Shown here piece by piece: positions 1 through 13,370 of a stretch of 64,000 nt of DNA. The stretch lies in contig NC_045696.1 of the NCBI RefSeq assembly GCF_009834535.1, positions 91,700,001-91,764,000 on the forward strand. The letters run 5' to 3'. Numbering within the stretch: position 1 is the stretch's first letter; the number at the start of each line of letters is the position of its first letter. Position numbers and translations under genes: made by a program. The stretch is from Camelus ferus (taxonomy: Eukaryota). The notes under the pieces were generated by a model. The model saw only the letters and a list, made by a program, of their open reading frames with translations, made no database searches and had not been told where the DNA came from.

Positions 1-82
1 GACTCCCTGAGCATGATAAAATGGTGATTGTTTTATGCCACTAAGTTTGGAGTGATTCAGGCAGCAGTAAATGCCAAAACAG
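1..82 (+). mobile_element. MaLR (MLT1) LTR 3' end
   Basis: ttgttttatgccactaagtttggagt...gcagcagta...aca terminus. Confidence 0.55.
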
Positions 83-489
83 CTCTCCTCAAACTTATCC
101 CTTTGTGAAGCCTTCCCCTGTCTTTCCCGTCCTTCCCATAATCCCAAATCCTATATTAAAATTAGTCATTCTTGTTTCCCAAAGCCCTTCTCTATACCTG
201 TATCAGAGTACTGACTCATTGAGGCTTTTTCCAGATGATGAGTTCCTTAAGGGAAGCAACTCTGTGAGTCACTTTTGCATCCTCAGGGCAGTGTCTAGCA
301 CACTGAATCTAATTAATGGTCCTTCTATTCCTTTTTCTGTTAGTATAATGCACAAGAGAGATGGGAATTGACAGAGAAGACAAATTTGGTGCCTACGTCA
401 GGTTTTCATGGAGTTCTGGCTACCTCCACGCTTCTGGGCTGCAACTCAATATTGCAGCGGGATGGCGTTATGCCTGGAAACCATCCCAA

Positions 490-859
490 TTCTTAGTTTG
501 CTTAGGCTGCCATAACAACTGGGTGGCTTAAATCACAGAAACTTATTTTCTCACAGTTCTGGAGGTTGAAAGTCCAAGATCAAGGTGTTGGTAGGTTTGG
601 TTTCTCCCAAGGCCCCCCCCCCTTGGCTTGCAGATGGCAAATCCCACTGTGTCCTCACATGGTCTTCCCTCTGTGCACGCACATCCCTGGTGTCTCTCCT
701 TCTTATAAGGATACAGTCCTATTGAATTAGGGTCCTACTCTTATGACCTCATTTAACTTTACGTATTTAAAGGCTCTATCTCCATATCCTGTCATAGTAG
801 GAACTGGAGCTTCAACATGTAAATTTAGGGGTGGAGGGAACACAATTCAGTCCATAACA
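490..859 (-). mobile_element. MaLR solo LTR (MLT1B/C-like)
   Basis: ggctgccataacaa...tctcacagttctggagg...gtccaagatcaaggtg...cacaattcagtccataaca. Confidence 0.88.
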
Positions 860-2629
860 CAGTGGAGTCTTAGTTATTGCTCACACTCCCTGTAGTTGTA
901 GATGTCAGTGAAAGGAAGGACTGAACTCAGGGATCCACATTCTATCCACACGTTGCTGGCTGTAAGCTCCAGGCTTATGCTCTTCTTGCTCTCATATCCT
1001 TTTAAATGATGGGATGCTTAGGTGGTAGATGCCTGTGACAGCTCGCCTTTCTCCACAGCCAATGTGACTTCATGTAGCTTTTATTTGCTTGGTTTTTGTT
1101 TGGTGCCCAAGGAAACCTCAAACAAATCTTCAGTATCAGCCACAAGACAGTGCTGACTGCAAAGGGATGCACGGCACGTTGCTGCGGACAAGTGGCCTTT
1201 CTCCCGCCGCAACCTGGTCACTTTAGAGTAGCTGAATAAAGAGCATCCAAAAAGGGGCCTTGGGAAGAAAGCTGCCATGTGAAATCGGAGGATGATCTTA
1301 AGGACGTGCAAGAATGCCAGCAGCTAGGGCGACTAGCAACTACTCTTTAGAATTTCTCTTCTCAGATTAAATCCTAGCAATGTCCTTTTTCGTTAATCTT
1401 TGTTTTTATTGCTTTATATCATATTCTGAAGTGAGAGAGAGAGAGAAACACAATATTCTACTGAGATGAATTGGATTTGGGGCTATTTTTTGCCCATATC
1501 TGTGAGCTACAGGTGCTGAATAGGGAACAGAGCAAATGTTCAAGGTTATGCACTTGCCTTTTGCAATTCAAATTAAGTGCACCTATCTTGCAATTTTTGT
1601 CCCTTGTTTTCAGCTGGTCTCTGTCATACTACCTCACTGTCAAACCAACCCTCTCCCCACCCCTCCCACCACCTTACTTCACCACTTAAGGAATGAGAAA
1701 ACATTCTGATTCACACTCTCACTAACCTATGCTCTACAAGAATCAATCGGCTTTCATTTTCACATAATGTAGCATGTTTACACAATTACCAACTACCCTG
1801 CCTGCATGGAGTGTTCTAATATTACAAAGTTCTTTATGTGAAAATCAGTTCACGTTTTTATCTGCCAGTTGAAACTGATAAGAATTTTGTTCCAATCTGT
1901 AAGAAGGCTTTATCCCTGCTCAACACTATAAAGTCCTCAAGATTTTATCCTTCTTGAATTATCTAAAGGTAGGGAGAGATTCAATTTGCTAACAGTCCTT
2001 GTTTTTGACACAAAGACAAATATCTGCTCCTGAGCTATACTTCACAAAGCAATGATTCATTTTAAAAACCTCTTAGGACCATGAATCCTCCAGATAGAGA
2101 AAATGAACCCAAGTCTTGCTTTTTTCATTAATTTTAGGATGTTCTCTCTCTGCTGCTTAACTTCAGAAAAGAGGTATAATTACTATCTTTATGAGTCAGA
2201 CTCACAGCCCAGCACCTGTTAGAAAATTAAAAAATATTTTCCCCACATCACATTACAAAGGGAGGCCCATTGTTCGCGTGCAGTTTCTGGTGTTCACTGA
2301 CTTGCCAAAATGACTATATTGGAGGCTTTAAAAGCCACAGTGATAATGAAAAAGAATGACTGGAGACTTTTCCAACTGCCAATCCATAAAGATAGTAACA
2401 TGAACTTGATAAATTCTTATTTTCATTCTTTTTAAATTATTTGGAGATTAATAAAGGAGAGTCTGTTTCTCCCAGGCATGAGAAAGCAGCAGATGCAAGG
2501 TGTTAGGTATGGAATTCAGTCAATGTGAATTACAGAAGGAGATTTGGTATATGTGAATATATTATTGACATAGAGATTAGGGAATAATTGTAAGTAAAGC
2601 TGATGTCATGACACAAGACCTATCCAGTT

Positions 2630-2943
2630 TTTACTTAAAGTACTTACTATTTATAACTTAGATGACTGATTTCTTGAGTATGTGTAAGCACATTTGACTG
2701 TCCGTTATGACTGGATTACTGCATTCTGTTGATTTTTATTTTGTGGTTGGCTTTATTCCTTTGATAACTATGTAAGTTTAAAAAGCTAAAGCTCTAAACT
2801 GTTCTTAGAAACAGTGATCAGTACATATATGTAAACTAAAAAAGTGCAGGACATTGTATATATGTATTTACATGCAATATATTGTATATGTGCAGTCAAA
2901 TTGTAACAACTCTACCTAATAAAATTGAAAAATTAAAAAAAAA
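2630..2943 (+). pseudogene. Orphan 5'-truncated retrocopy, probably an mRNA 3' UTR of unknown parent
   Basis: AATAAA at 2918-2923, A-tail at 2935-2943, flanking direct repeat ctatccagtt at 2620-2629 and 2946-2955. Confidence 0.65.
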
Positions 2944-3862
2944 TACTATCCAGTTCAGGAAGGAGCAGGGTGTGATAAAAAAATCTTTACACAGTCCATT
3001 TCTTGCCTAAATGCTGTATAAGGAGATAAGGTCAAAATACTCTTGTTCTCTGCACAACAAATGTAGTGTTTGATCCCAATGCCAAACAAAACACCACTTA
3101 GACCATCGCCTCTCTCAACTCTTGAAGTCACTTTCCCAGTGACTTCAAAAGGTGTTTCTGTGCAAGACTAACTCGAAATTTACTCTGAATGAGAAATACA
3201 CGCTGCACAGTCACAGATTGTTTGGGGTACTGCAGGAGAGCGCTGCTAACACTCACACCCAGCTGACGTACACGTAACATTTCCAGGCTTTTGCCACAGG
3301 TGTCAGGGGGAAAACGAAGCAGAGCAGAGATGGTGCATGCCCTGGCCAATGGTGACAGTAAGTGAAACAGAGTTTGGAAATGCCTTAGTAGTGAGGGACG
3401 CCAATACTAGTTTTTGTCTTTTTAATCTTGGCTTTTTTGATTAGATATTTTTTATGTTCTTCTTTTCCTGAAGCCATAAATCTATACTGAATGAATTACT
3501 GGAGAATTGATTCAATAGGTGATATGTAACTTATGTTCTTCACCTCTTAAAGAAATTTCTTATTTCATCCATTTCTTTGTAAATAATTATGAGTTCAACA
3601 GCTTATTAATGACATGGTCATTAGAGCTCCTGGGGTTCATTCAAGTACACGTTGGAGAATTGTTAGGGGTGATTTGAAACCAGGCCAACCAATGCTTCGT
3701 GGTCAAACACTAAGTTGTTATCTGCAGAAAAACAAGGTTTCTATCTTCCTCTCTAAAATTTTTTATAGTATTTAATGCAAGAAATTAACTATCTTGTACA
3801 GATGTTCCTTAATTGATCATCTCAGCATAATGATTGGCACAAATAACTTAGTAAAGTTATTG

Positions 3863-4072
3863 CTACTAACTAATATATAAAAATAGATAAACAACAAGTT
3901 TATATTGTATAGCACAGGGAACTATATTCAATATCTTGTGGTAACTTATGGTGAAAGAGAATATGAAAATGAATATATGCATATTCCTATATGACTGAAG
4001 TATTGTGCTATACACTAGAAATTGACACAACATTGTAAACTGACTATACTTCAACAAAAATACATTAAACAA
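3863..4072 (+). mobile_element. L1 3' UTR fragment
   Basis: Same 3' UTR family as the other L1s; TSD taaagttattg at 3852-3862 and 4073-4083. Confidence 0.85.
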
Positions 4073-4167
4073 TAAAGTTATTGTTGAATGAATAAATAAA
4101 TGAAGAGAAAATAATATAAAGTTAAAAAGTATGGACAAACACTTTACTTAAAAATCAGCATTTCTTT

Positions 4168-5137
4168 GACTGACAAGGGATTACTTTCCAAAATATACAG
4201 GCAGCTCACACAGCTCAATATCAAAAAAACAAACAACCCTACTCCAAAAATGGGCAAAAGATCTAAATAGACATTTCTCCAAAGAAGACATACAGATGGC
4301 AAACAGGCACACAAAAAGATGCACAGTATCACTAATTATTCAAGAAATGCAAGTCAAAACTACAATGAGATATCATCTCACAACAGACAGAATGGCCAAC
4401 ATCAAGAGGTCTACAAATAATAAATGCTGGAGACGGTGTGGAGAAAAAGGAACCCTCCTACACTGTTGGTTGGAATGTAAATTGGTGTGGTCACATGGAG
4501 AACAGTATGGAGGTTCCTTAAAAAAAGTGAAAATAGACATCATATGATGCAGCAATCCCATTCTTGGGCATATATCCAGAGAAAACTCTAATTTGAAAAG
4601 ATATATGCACCCCAATGTTTATAGCAGCATTATTTACAATAGCCAAGACATGGAAGCAACATAAATGTCCATCGACAGATGATCAGATAAAGTCGTGGTA
4701 TGTTTATACAATGGAATACTACTCAACCACAAAAAGAATAAAATAATGCCAGTTGCATCAACATGGATGGACCTAGAGATCATCATATGTAAGTCCACTT
4801 ATATGTGGAATCTAAAAAAAAATGACACAAATGGACTTACTTACAAAACAGAAATAGACTCACAGACAGAAAACAAACTTATGGTTACCAAGGTAGGGAA
4901 AAGGGGAGGGAGGGATAAACTGGGAGTCTGGGATTGGCAGATACAAACTACTATGTACAGAATAGATAAACAACAAAGTCTTACTGTATAGCATGGGGAA
5001 CTATATTCAATGGCTTGTAGTAACCTGTAATGATAAGGAATACGAAAAAGAATATATATATAATTGAATCATTATGCTGTGTACCAGAATCTAATATAAC
5101 ATTGTAAATCAACTATACTTCAATTAAAAAAAAGTTT
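4168..5137 (+). mobile_element. 5'-truncated L1 (ORF2 C-terminus + 3' UTR)
   Basis: [18 protein letters not shown] motif; 18-bp TSD aaaaat(c/t)agcatttcttt at 4150-4167 and 5138-5155. Confidence 0.93.
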
Positions 5138-5539
5138 AAAAATTAGCATTTCTTTTCAGGATTAATTTTAGATAGCAATGTGTGTTCTAATTTGCTATGG
5201 ACTAAAAATAACCAAAGACTCAAAATAAATGAAACACATACCTTGGGGTTTTTCCAAAAAGAAAAATATATTCTACATTAAGCACTGCATTGATTTGCTT
5301 CTTCCAGAAGCAGATGACTAGACGAAATTTCTAGCTTTGAATTTTTAAATTACAGAAAAGAAAGAAAGATAGGTCATATGGTAAGTGAGTTAACTTCTGT
5401 TTCTGTCCTTTGGTTCCCAGACCTCTGTATTCTTTTGACTTGGTGATTTATAGAGATCTTCAGTTCAGCACATACACTGCATTTTGGAGAATGTCCCTCC
5501 ATCTCCACAGAGTATTTATTGCCTTTAGTTTGCTGAACT

Positions 5540-6960
5540 AGATATGATAAGAAATTTACCCAATGAAAACAACCAAAATGCTAGACAAAACAACAAAGAA
5601 AACACTTTTAAAAGGCATCAACAAGATGGCACAAAAGTAAAGAATGTGCAGAGATCAAAATTAAGACAAAAGTAGCAACTTCTGGAGAGGAGAACCAAAG
5701 CCAGCTTTCTCAGTGTTTTTGCCAACATCTGGAAACCTTGAACTTTTTGGAATATGTTTGAGAGTAGAGGACAGGAGATAAAGCCTTGGGCCCACACAAA
5801 ACTGGAAGTCTTATAGGAGGTTCTCAGATAAAGCTGAAATCTCAGAGGGCTTTACTTTCTGTTCAAAGGGTGAGTAAAAAATAACCATTGTAAATTGACT
5901 ATACTTCAATTAAACAAAAAACCAAAAAACAAACCTGCTATGCAGAAGGAGACAGCCACACATCTGATTCAATCTTTATGCTGGAGGAGAATGGGAGGAA
6001 ATTCCACCTGAGAATTTGTACCTGCAGCCTTGCCCTCACATGGCTTTTTGTCTGAGTTTATATCAGCTATATCTGAAAACTTGAAAGAAGAGAATTTTAA
6101 TGAAAGTGCTCCCAATAATGTTTGTATAATTAACTGGGAAGAGCAAATGCAAGTCTTTTATGGAAGAATACAGTCTCAACCCAGGTCTCAAAGAATTTCT
6201 ATAGATAAAGTTCTGAGGAATTTAAGCTCACATAAAAACACACCTAGGCAAATTCTGCCCGTCACCTCCCCACCCCCCCACCCCCGCCAAAAAAGAAAAT
6301 AAAGCACCGTGAGTGAGAACCAGCAGAAACAACAGGCAGCAAAATTAGGTTTGCAAAGATGATCAGACACAGAATATAAAATAAACATGTTTGGTATGTT
6401 TAAAGAAATGAAAAGTTTGTGAGCAAGGAATAAGAGAGATTTTTTAAAAGCACAAATCAAGCAGATTGAAGAAAAACTGAATAAAACTTTTACAAATGGA
6501 AAACTGCTTAATGCGGAAAGATTATGAAGCCAAACAGAGGAAGGTCTGAGATGCAAGGAGAAATGGTGAGCAAAGCAATTCTCAAATGTTAACAACCTAT
6601 AACAATAATAGCAATGGCTAATTTGCGAGGTTAAACAAACAAGATAGAATTCAAATTCAGTCACATTATAATATAAATTAGAACGGGGTGGAAAATTGTA
6701 GCTTTAATATTCTAAAGTACTTGCATTGTTTGGGTGAAGCATCAAGAGATTGAGTAAGCATGTTAAAATGTCTGGGTAACTCCTAAAAACAGGCATAGAC
6801 ATAATTACTTCCAAAGGAGCAGAAGTAGGGGGTGAGGGTGGGAATAAGGAAAAGAAGAAAAGAACCAAAATCTATTCAGAAGATGTCAAGAAGGGGAGAA
6901 AAAAGAGAGAGAGAGAGAAATAGAAAGCACATGGTAAGATGGCAGAAATATATCCAAGGA
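5540..6960 (+). mobile_element. Ancient L1M-type 5'/ORF1-region relic, containing a ~45-bp young L1 3' tip at ~5886-5930
   Basis: A-rich L1M-like segments (cacctgagaatttgta, atgtttaaagaaat); cattgtaaattgactatacttcaatt + A-tail matches the young L1 terminus. Confidence 0.45.
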
Positions 6961-7159
6961 AGAAGAGCAAAGATAGAGAGTTAAGATCCTCTGCCCTAAA
7001 ACAAAACAATGGGAGTTCATACACACTCTAAAATGATGGTGTTAATTTCATACTGTTAACAATGATAAAAGAGCATAAATGACCTTTGAGAATAACAGGC
7101 TTTATTTTAAGTATCTCAGGTACAGCAGTGGTTCAGCATATTAGAGACCCATGTTTCTC

Positions 7160-7206
7160 ATCACAGGGCTTTTAATGGGATATTGGAAGGGGCTGCACCA
7201 AGGCCT
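7160..7206 (+). repeat. Copy 1 of a perfect 47-bp direct repeat
   Basis: atcacagggcttttaatgggatattggaaggggctgcaccaaggcct, identical to 8638-8684. Confidence 0.95.
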
Positions 7207-7686
7207 CCTGTTTTATATTAACTTTAAAGTTAAAAGAAACTTTAACTTTTGAAGATCTATGTCTCAAAAATGGACTTTTATAGACAATTTTTAGGAGGAC
7301 TTTTGTGATTACTAAATTTAGAACATGATTCTATTCTTATAAATTTCGGCCTTTGACTTTATCTGGAGAGTTTAATCTTGTGAACAGCTGTATCATTTAT
7401 TATTTCTCTCTCCTTTTGTACCAGTCTTAATACTCTCCCCCTCCCCCATCTGTATTTATAAGGAACTTCTTTGTTAATAAGGCTATAGCTAGGACACCAT
7501 ATTCTAGAAATAAATCAGAAAGCACAGGACCTGAAGACTTAATGTAGAAAATGACACAGTTTAAAAAAAGGAATGTGAGGCCCATAATATTCTGCTTCTA
7601 CAGGATGCTAAATCACTTCCTAAAGGGGCCTTGTAGGATTGTGCAGTAGATCTTTTCTGTAGGTCTGTTTTGTTACTTCCTACATG

Positions 7687-7902
7687 CTTTCTTTCCTTTG
7701 TTCTAAGTTGTTTATTTTTCTTTTCCTTCCTTCCTTTCTTTTCTTTCTTCCTTCCTTCCTCCCTCCTTCTCTTTCTTTCTTTTTTCTCTTCCTTCCTTCC
7801 TTCCTTCCTTTCTTACTTCTTTCTTTTTCTTTTCTTTTCTTTTCTTTCTCTTTTCCTTCCTTCTTTCCTTCTTACCTTCCTTCCTTCTCTTTCTTTGTTT
7901 CT
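7687..7902. repeat. Compound (CTTT/CCTT)n polypyrimidine microsatellite
   Basis: ~200 bp almost purely C/T; explains spurious F/L/S/P-rich ORFs 7670..8098 and 7684..7923. Confidence 0.95.
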
Positions 7903-8065
7903 CGATTGCTCATTCTCAAATGAAGCTAGATCTTTATGTCAACAGACAGGGTACAGGGATGTCTCTCAAATTTGTTCTCGGGTGAGGGTTACATCCTTTC
8001 TCAGAGAGACAACTAGGGGGCAAGGCGATCCCCAGTCCAGTTCCCAGCTTACAGTGCCTATTTGC

Positions 8066-8275
8066 CAGTTCAGGCTTTGCCACTTTCTAGCTGTGTGATT
8101 TTGGATGAATTGCTTAACCTCTCTCTGCCTCAGTGTGCTTATCTGTAAAAGGAAGCTAATAAATATATCAATCTCATAGGGGTCCTGGGAGGACTGAATG
8201 AAATACTTTTAAAGCATGTAGCACTGTGCATTGCCCATCATAAAAAAAATGTCAGCTCTTACCATCTTTTTATTA
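8066..8275 (+). mobile_element. MIR SINE
   Basis: Core tagctgtgtga...cttaacctctctctgcctcagt...atctgtaaaa. Confidence 0.82.
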
Positions 8276-8637
8276 TTGCTGCTATTACTACCGCCACCAT
8301 ACTGCTACTGGAACAGCTGCTCCTCCTCCTCCCGATAGCACTGTCGGGCACATTTCTCTACTCTTGCTGCTCCGTCTCTGCTATGCTGATCCACTGCTAT
8401 CCCTGAAAGACTTCCACTTCCCAAGATATAATGCATTACTGCCCATCTCTCCCTCCCCACTGCCACTCACAGAAGATTCCTCTTTTTTTTTTTAAAGGAA
8501 TGGCCATCTCAGAATGTTCCCAGCAAAGTGGCCTGAGTGCCTTGAGGGGCAGCACCCATGTGGCCAGTGATGGTGGTCTATGTTCTTGTTGTGACTTGGT
8601 GGTCTGTATGCTGTGTGTATGTGACCTTTCCTTTTCT

Positions 8638-8684
8638 ATCACAGGGCTTTTAATGGGATATTGGAAGGGGCTGCACCAAGGCCT
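8638..8684 (+). repeat. Copy 2 of a perfect 47-bp direct repeat
   Basis: Identical to 7160-7206. Confidence 0.95.
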
Positions 8685-11100
8685 GTTAGTCGGATGCCAT
8701 GCCATTTTACACTGGAAATCTAGTTCCTGAAACTGAGAACACAAAGTGAGGGCATAAGCCTGATGCCTGTGCAGACTTCCCCTTTCTCCAGGTAAGGAGG
8801 AATCCATGCTTTTTTTATTCATGCCCTTTTGGTAATGAATGAAAACCCCTCAGTCAGACCTGCAGTAAGACCCTGATCCTAACCTGAGTTGGCTAAAGGA
8901 GTATAAGAGCCTCATTTTTACACACATTTAGATAAGTCATAAGATCTGAGGTAAATTATCCCCTCAGAAGGACTAGGACTAAATCCGAAGGCAGCCAAAG
9001 AAAACTGCTGAGACAATATTCTTATCACATTTCCAGGAAAGTTCAGAACCTTTACGAGAAGAGCTATACTGAGACTCATGTTATTACACTTGGATTAAGG
9101 TTTGCATTAAACTTTTAATGACTGAGTTTCAATATCATATGAATAGTCAATTTCTGCATTAAATGTTTAATTTCTGTCACACTAAGGAAAGTCAGAAGAG
9201 GTATAAATAATGAAAGTAAATAGACAATTCATAAAGGTTTTGTGGTTGAAATACGGTCAAGACCATACACTTAGTGAGGTCACATGCCCTCAGACCCATT
9301 CAGATGCCCACCCTTCCTGGTGCCCTTCCAACAGCTGTCCTGATCCTGGAGGGCGGGGATGGTTGCAGAAATTCCAGGTATCTGGGGGCCACTGATAATT
9401 AAAGAGTGCACTTATGAAGTCAATATTAGAAACATTTGGGACACCACTAACTAAAGTAGGAATGGCAATATAGATTCTATACACATGCTACTGAAATACA
9501 TCATTACCAATGAAAAGTATCAAATTACAGGTGGCTTGACCAACATTTTCAAGGGCCTTTAATACATAAACAAAACAAACTCTAATATTGGTTGTATGAC
9601 TGTATTTGAGTCATAAATAATAAAATCAAAACATGGAAAAAGATCTCTTTCCATCAAGTAGGGCCATCTTTCCTATTACTTTCAGGGCACAAATGATAAA
9701 AACAAGGATAATCTCTCTTCCCCAAGTTAAAGCAATGGAGATATCAAGAGTTTGGAGACATTAATAATGACTGGCTCAGAGTTCCAACTATGTAGTTACA
9801 AAGAAGTTAAGCACTCCCTGACCCCAAACTTGATCTTTGTGTCGCCCATTCCTCTTCACTGCTTCTCCTACTGCTGCCTGCTGGGTATTGAAGGAGAACT
9901 TTCTTCTTGGTGACTGCAGGTCTGCCTTACATTGCATTAAGTGGATGGGTTTGGTCAGTTCTGGGGTCCCTCTGGTTAAAAGTGTCCCAAGAGTTCCATG
10001 GGGACATGGTCACAGAGAACCACAAGGACCCACTGATACTGCACTCAGAAGTTTCCTCTTCTGAAATCTGGGCTCAAGGCACTTGAATCTTGGCAGTAAT
10101 CTTTATTCCCTAGAAATCTAAAGTTCCAGATAGAAAACTACAACTATAGAACTCATTCACTTTAAGATGACAGAAATGCTTCAACATTTTATATTATATG
10201 TCTGTTGAATTCTTGGGTTTAAATTATTATTATTTATGAGAATTATTAATAGTTATAACAAATAATCATACAAGTTAAATATTAGAATGTTAATAAAAAG
10301 TATTCAAAGACTTTTAATGGCAGATGAAGTCAATCCCTTCAATTATTTTCTGAATTTGAAAGTTTAAAGAATGCAGTGGTGTAATAAGATGAGCTGACTT
10401 AAAGCTCACAGGCAAGTGAGTATAATGCCTTATTTGTTAAATACAGATTTTGAAATTGAGAATCTGGATCAAATTATATTCAGCTGCTGTTAGTCTACCT
10501 TTAAAATAAATTGATCTAGGTATAATACTGCAAGTTACTGTTTTACATTTAAGTAATCTGATTAGGAACTACTTTCAAGGGGGAAAAATTTCCTTCATAA
10601 TTCTACTAAGTTATCTAAGTATTCTATGTTTCACAAGCCCCGAAAGACAACCAGCATTACCAAATTTTCTTTTGGGAATCAGAGATCCAAATATACATGT
10701 TATTATGAAATTAAAATGTAAGATTATTCAATGACTCACTAGTAATCAAAATGAAAGTATTTCTATTGAATTTTTTAAAAAATAGCAAATCTCCAGTTCT
10801 TTGCAAACCCAGAAACTTGGGTGATATTTATGAATATTGGCTGAATATTGATTTTCTTTAATTCACAAGTTTTCCTGGAGAGCTCAGATTCATAATCAAT
10901 AGGCAAAGAAGTAGAAATGGAGAGCAGTGGAAACTAAGGTGTTGAATGGGTCAACATTGGTGGGGGTGGCGGTGGTCTCAGAGCACCACTGGTTTCACCA
11001 CTGGCAGAAGGGAACTGAGGATGTCAAGGCTATTTCCGTCCAACACTAATGCATAGCTCTTAGAGGTGGAATATGCTGGGGGCAGTGGCACCACTGTGAA

Positions 11101-11255
11101 CAGTGATCTCATACTTTAATATGTACACAAATCATCAGAGGATCTCATTAAAATCAGATTCCATTCAGCAGGTCTGGGTGTGAGGCCTAACATTCTGCAT
11201 TTCTAATAAGCTCCCAGGAGACACTAATCCTGCTGGAGCACTTTGAGTAACAAAC
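11101..11255. mobile_element. MER5-like hAT MITE
   Basis: attcagcaggtctggg...tctgcatttctaataagctcccagg...cactttgagta. Confidence 0.75.
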
Positions 11256-11879
11256 ATTTAGAGCACTGATACCATTCTTCCAGTCTAGAAATGAGCTGTG
11301 TGCCCAAGAGTTGATGGCCCAGACTCTCTCATCAAGTCAGCTATTAAGCAGCCATAAGAAAGGAAAATGATTCAGCCTCTAAGGGACCTATCATCTCCTT
11401 CTGTAAAGTCACAGGCCTGGGCCAGGTGATGTGTCAGGTCTCTTCAGAACTACAAAATTTAAGGATTTTAAGATAATCCTTATTTTTATTTTGGCAGCTA
11501 GCTTCTGTGTTTTCCCTCATAAATGGTTAGCAGAAACTGGAAAGTTTTATTGCATTGTATCACTCCCGAAGGTCACTATTGAGTTGTGCTTTGTACTCTT
11601 TGAGCCAAGATGATACCTATTTTTTATGTCAGTTTCCTCATTCTTCCTTCATAATTCTTAGAACACTCTTCAGATGTACATTTTGCTTTAGGGAGAATTC
11701 TTATGAATACCGGGCCTGTGGGTTAGTTATCTGTTGTCCAAATTAAAATGTGGTTCCTATTATTTCACATTTTTCAGAGAAGCTGTAATATTCTTAAATA
11801 AAGGGTGGTCCTTTAATTGGAGCCCACTTCATACACTGCACCCCTGCTAAGTGGAAATGGCTGGTAATGGTTTCTTTCC

Positions 11880-12480
11880 CTTCTCTGAAAGGAATCTGAG
11901 TCAGCTGCTTCCAGTTTAGTCCCACCATCAACATCATTATTCAAAACTCTTGTCTGGACTACTTTACCAGTCTACCAACTGGTGATCCACCTCCAGCCTC
12001 TCCAGTCTGTAATTATTCCAATACAGCCCTGCCAAGGTGAAGTTCCCAAACATCGACAAAGCACGTGCCACTTCTAATCAGACTCCTGCGACCAGCTCAT
12101 ACTCAACACCGTCACGCTCTGGCCTCAACCTACCCTATTCAGGTTCCCACAGCTTCCCTTCATCAGGTATTTTCTATGTATCTATGACTCTGTTTATACA
12201 TTTCCTCTACCTGGTATACCTTCTTCTATAAAGCCTTATTCCATTCTTCAAGACTGACTGGAAATTCCAATTCTTGCTTAAGCGTTCCCTGATTCTTCCA
12301 CCAAGAAGACTTTTGATTCTCTTCTCAACACCTACTGCCTTAAATTGTAAACTTCTGTACATGCTTCCTCGCTGCCTCTATTATACAATTCTTGGGCATC
12401 TGTAATACATCTTAATTATCTCTGTAACTCTCACAGTGCCTTTTAAATTCTCCATATCTGTTGAAGAAATGAATGAATAT
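11880..12480 (+). mobile_element. LINE-2 relic
   Basis: ccattcttcaagact...ttccctga and the terminus tgttgaagaaatgaatgaa. Confidence 0.6.
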
Positions 12481-13370
12481 AAAATATAGCCTAAGTATTA
12501 ATCTATGGGTCAAGATGCTCAGAAACTGCAGAAGTTTAAAATTATTCATTAGTCTTATCTAGTGTTTATTTTGGGCAAATTACTTAGTCTCTGTGACCTG
12601 GTATTCTTATATACATATATGTAAGATATAAGATATATAAGAATATTATCTATCTATATGTGGAGGGTAAAGGATTTTTAGTACATTTTTTTACTCACTT
12701 AATGGATATAAAACAGTATTCTATATAAATGCTAGAGAAGAGAGAAAACTTTGGACTTTCTGGATCATGGTAAATATTGTCATAGGATAAATGTGTTTCA
12801 GATTCAACCACTGTGTTACAAAATTTTATCTGTTAATTCAGAATATACAAAGATGATATAATTTATATTTCAGATTCTAAAGATGCAACATAATTGCATT
12901 GGCATCACAATTTATTACTACATGGTAAATATTTTCAAAAGGAGAAGTAGGATTTCTTCCCTCAGACACCATAGACATTGTCTTAGGAACACTCTCTTTA
13001 TTGTCTATGATGGTTTGGGGACCATTAAAGGTATCCTGTGCAAGACACAACATACATTAACTATTTTCTTAAAACATAAAAAAAAAAAACCCCCATAATT
13101 ACTATAGGATTTGTGAAATTTGGGCACATACCAAATTGATTTCCTGTGCTCTATAAGGTTCAACATGATGGTTAGGAATTTTCAGCTGCAGTGTATTAAC
13201 CCTTTTAGGATACTAGGTTGTTCTATTAGTAATATTGTAATTATTGTAAGAACATTAAAAGATAAAGCTTGAGAAAACTTGCTGCATAATCAAAGAAAAA
13301 GAAATTAGCTATAACTAATTTTTAATACAAAACTATTTAGACTAATAGAACAATAAAAGATCTTAGTCTT

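Noticed and set aside
900..3400. Unique sequence with isolated TF-like motifs (MEF2-like, CRE-like) as an enhancer
   Set aside because: Short motifs are expected by chance; conservation cannot be assessed from this sequence alone.
6188..6664. 158-aa minus-strand ORF
   Set aside because: Antisense of an A-rich old L1 relic; no splice or homology support.
7670..8098. 142-aa F/L/S-rich ORF resembling a membrane protein
   Set aside because: Translation of a CT microsatellite.
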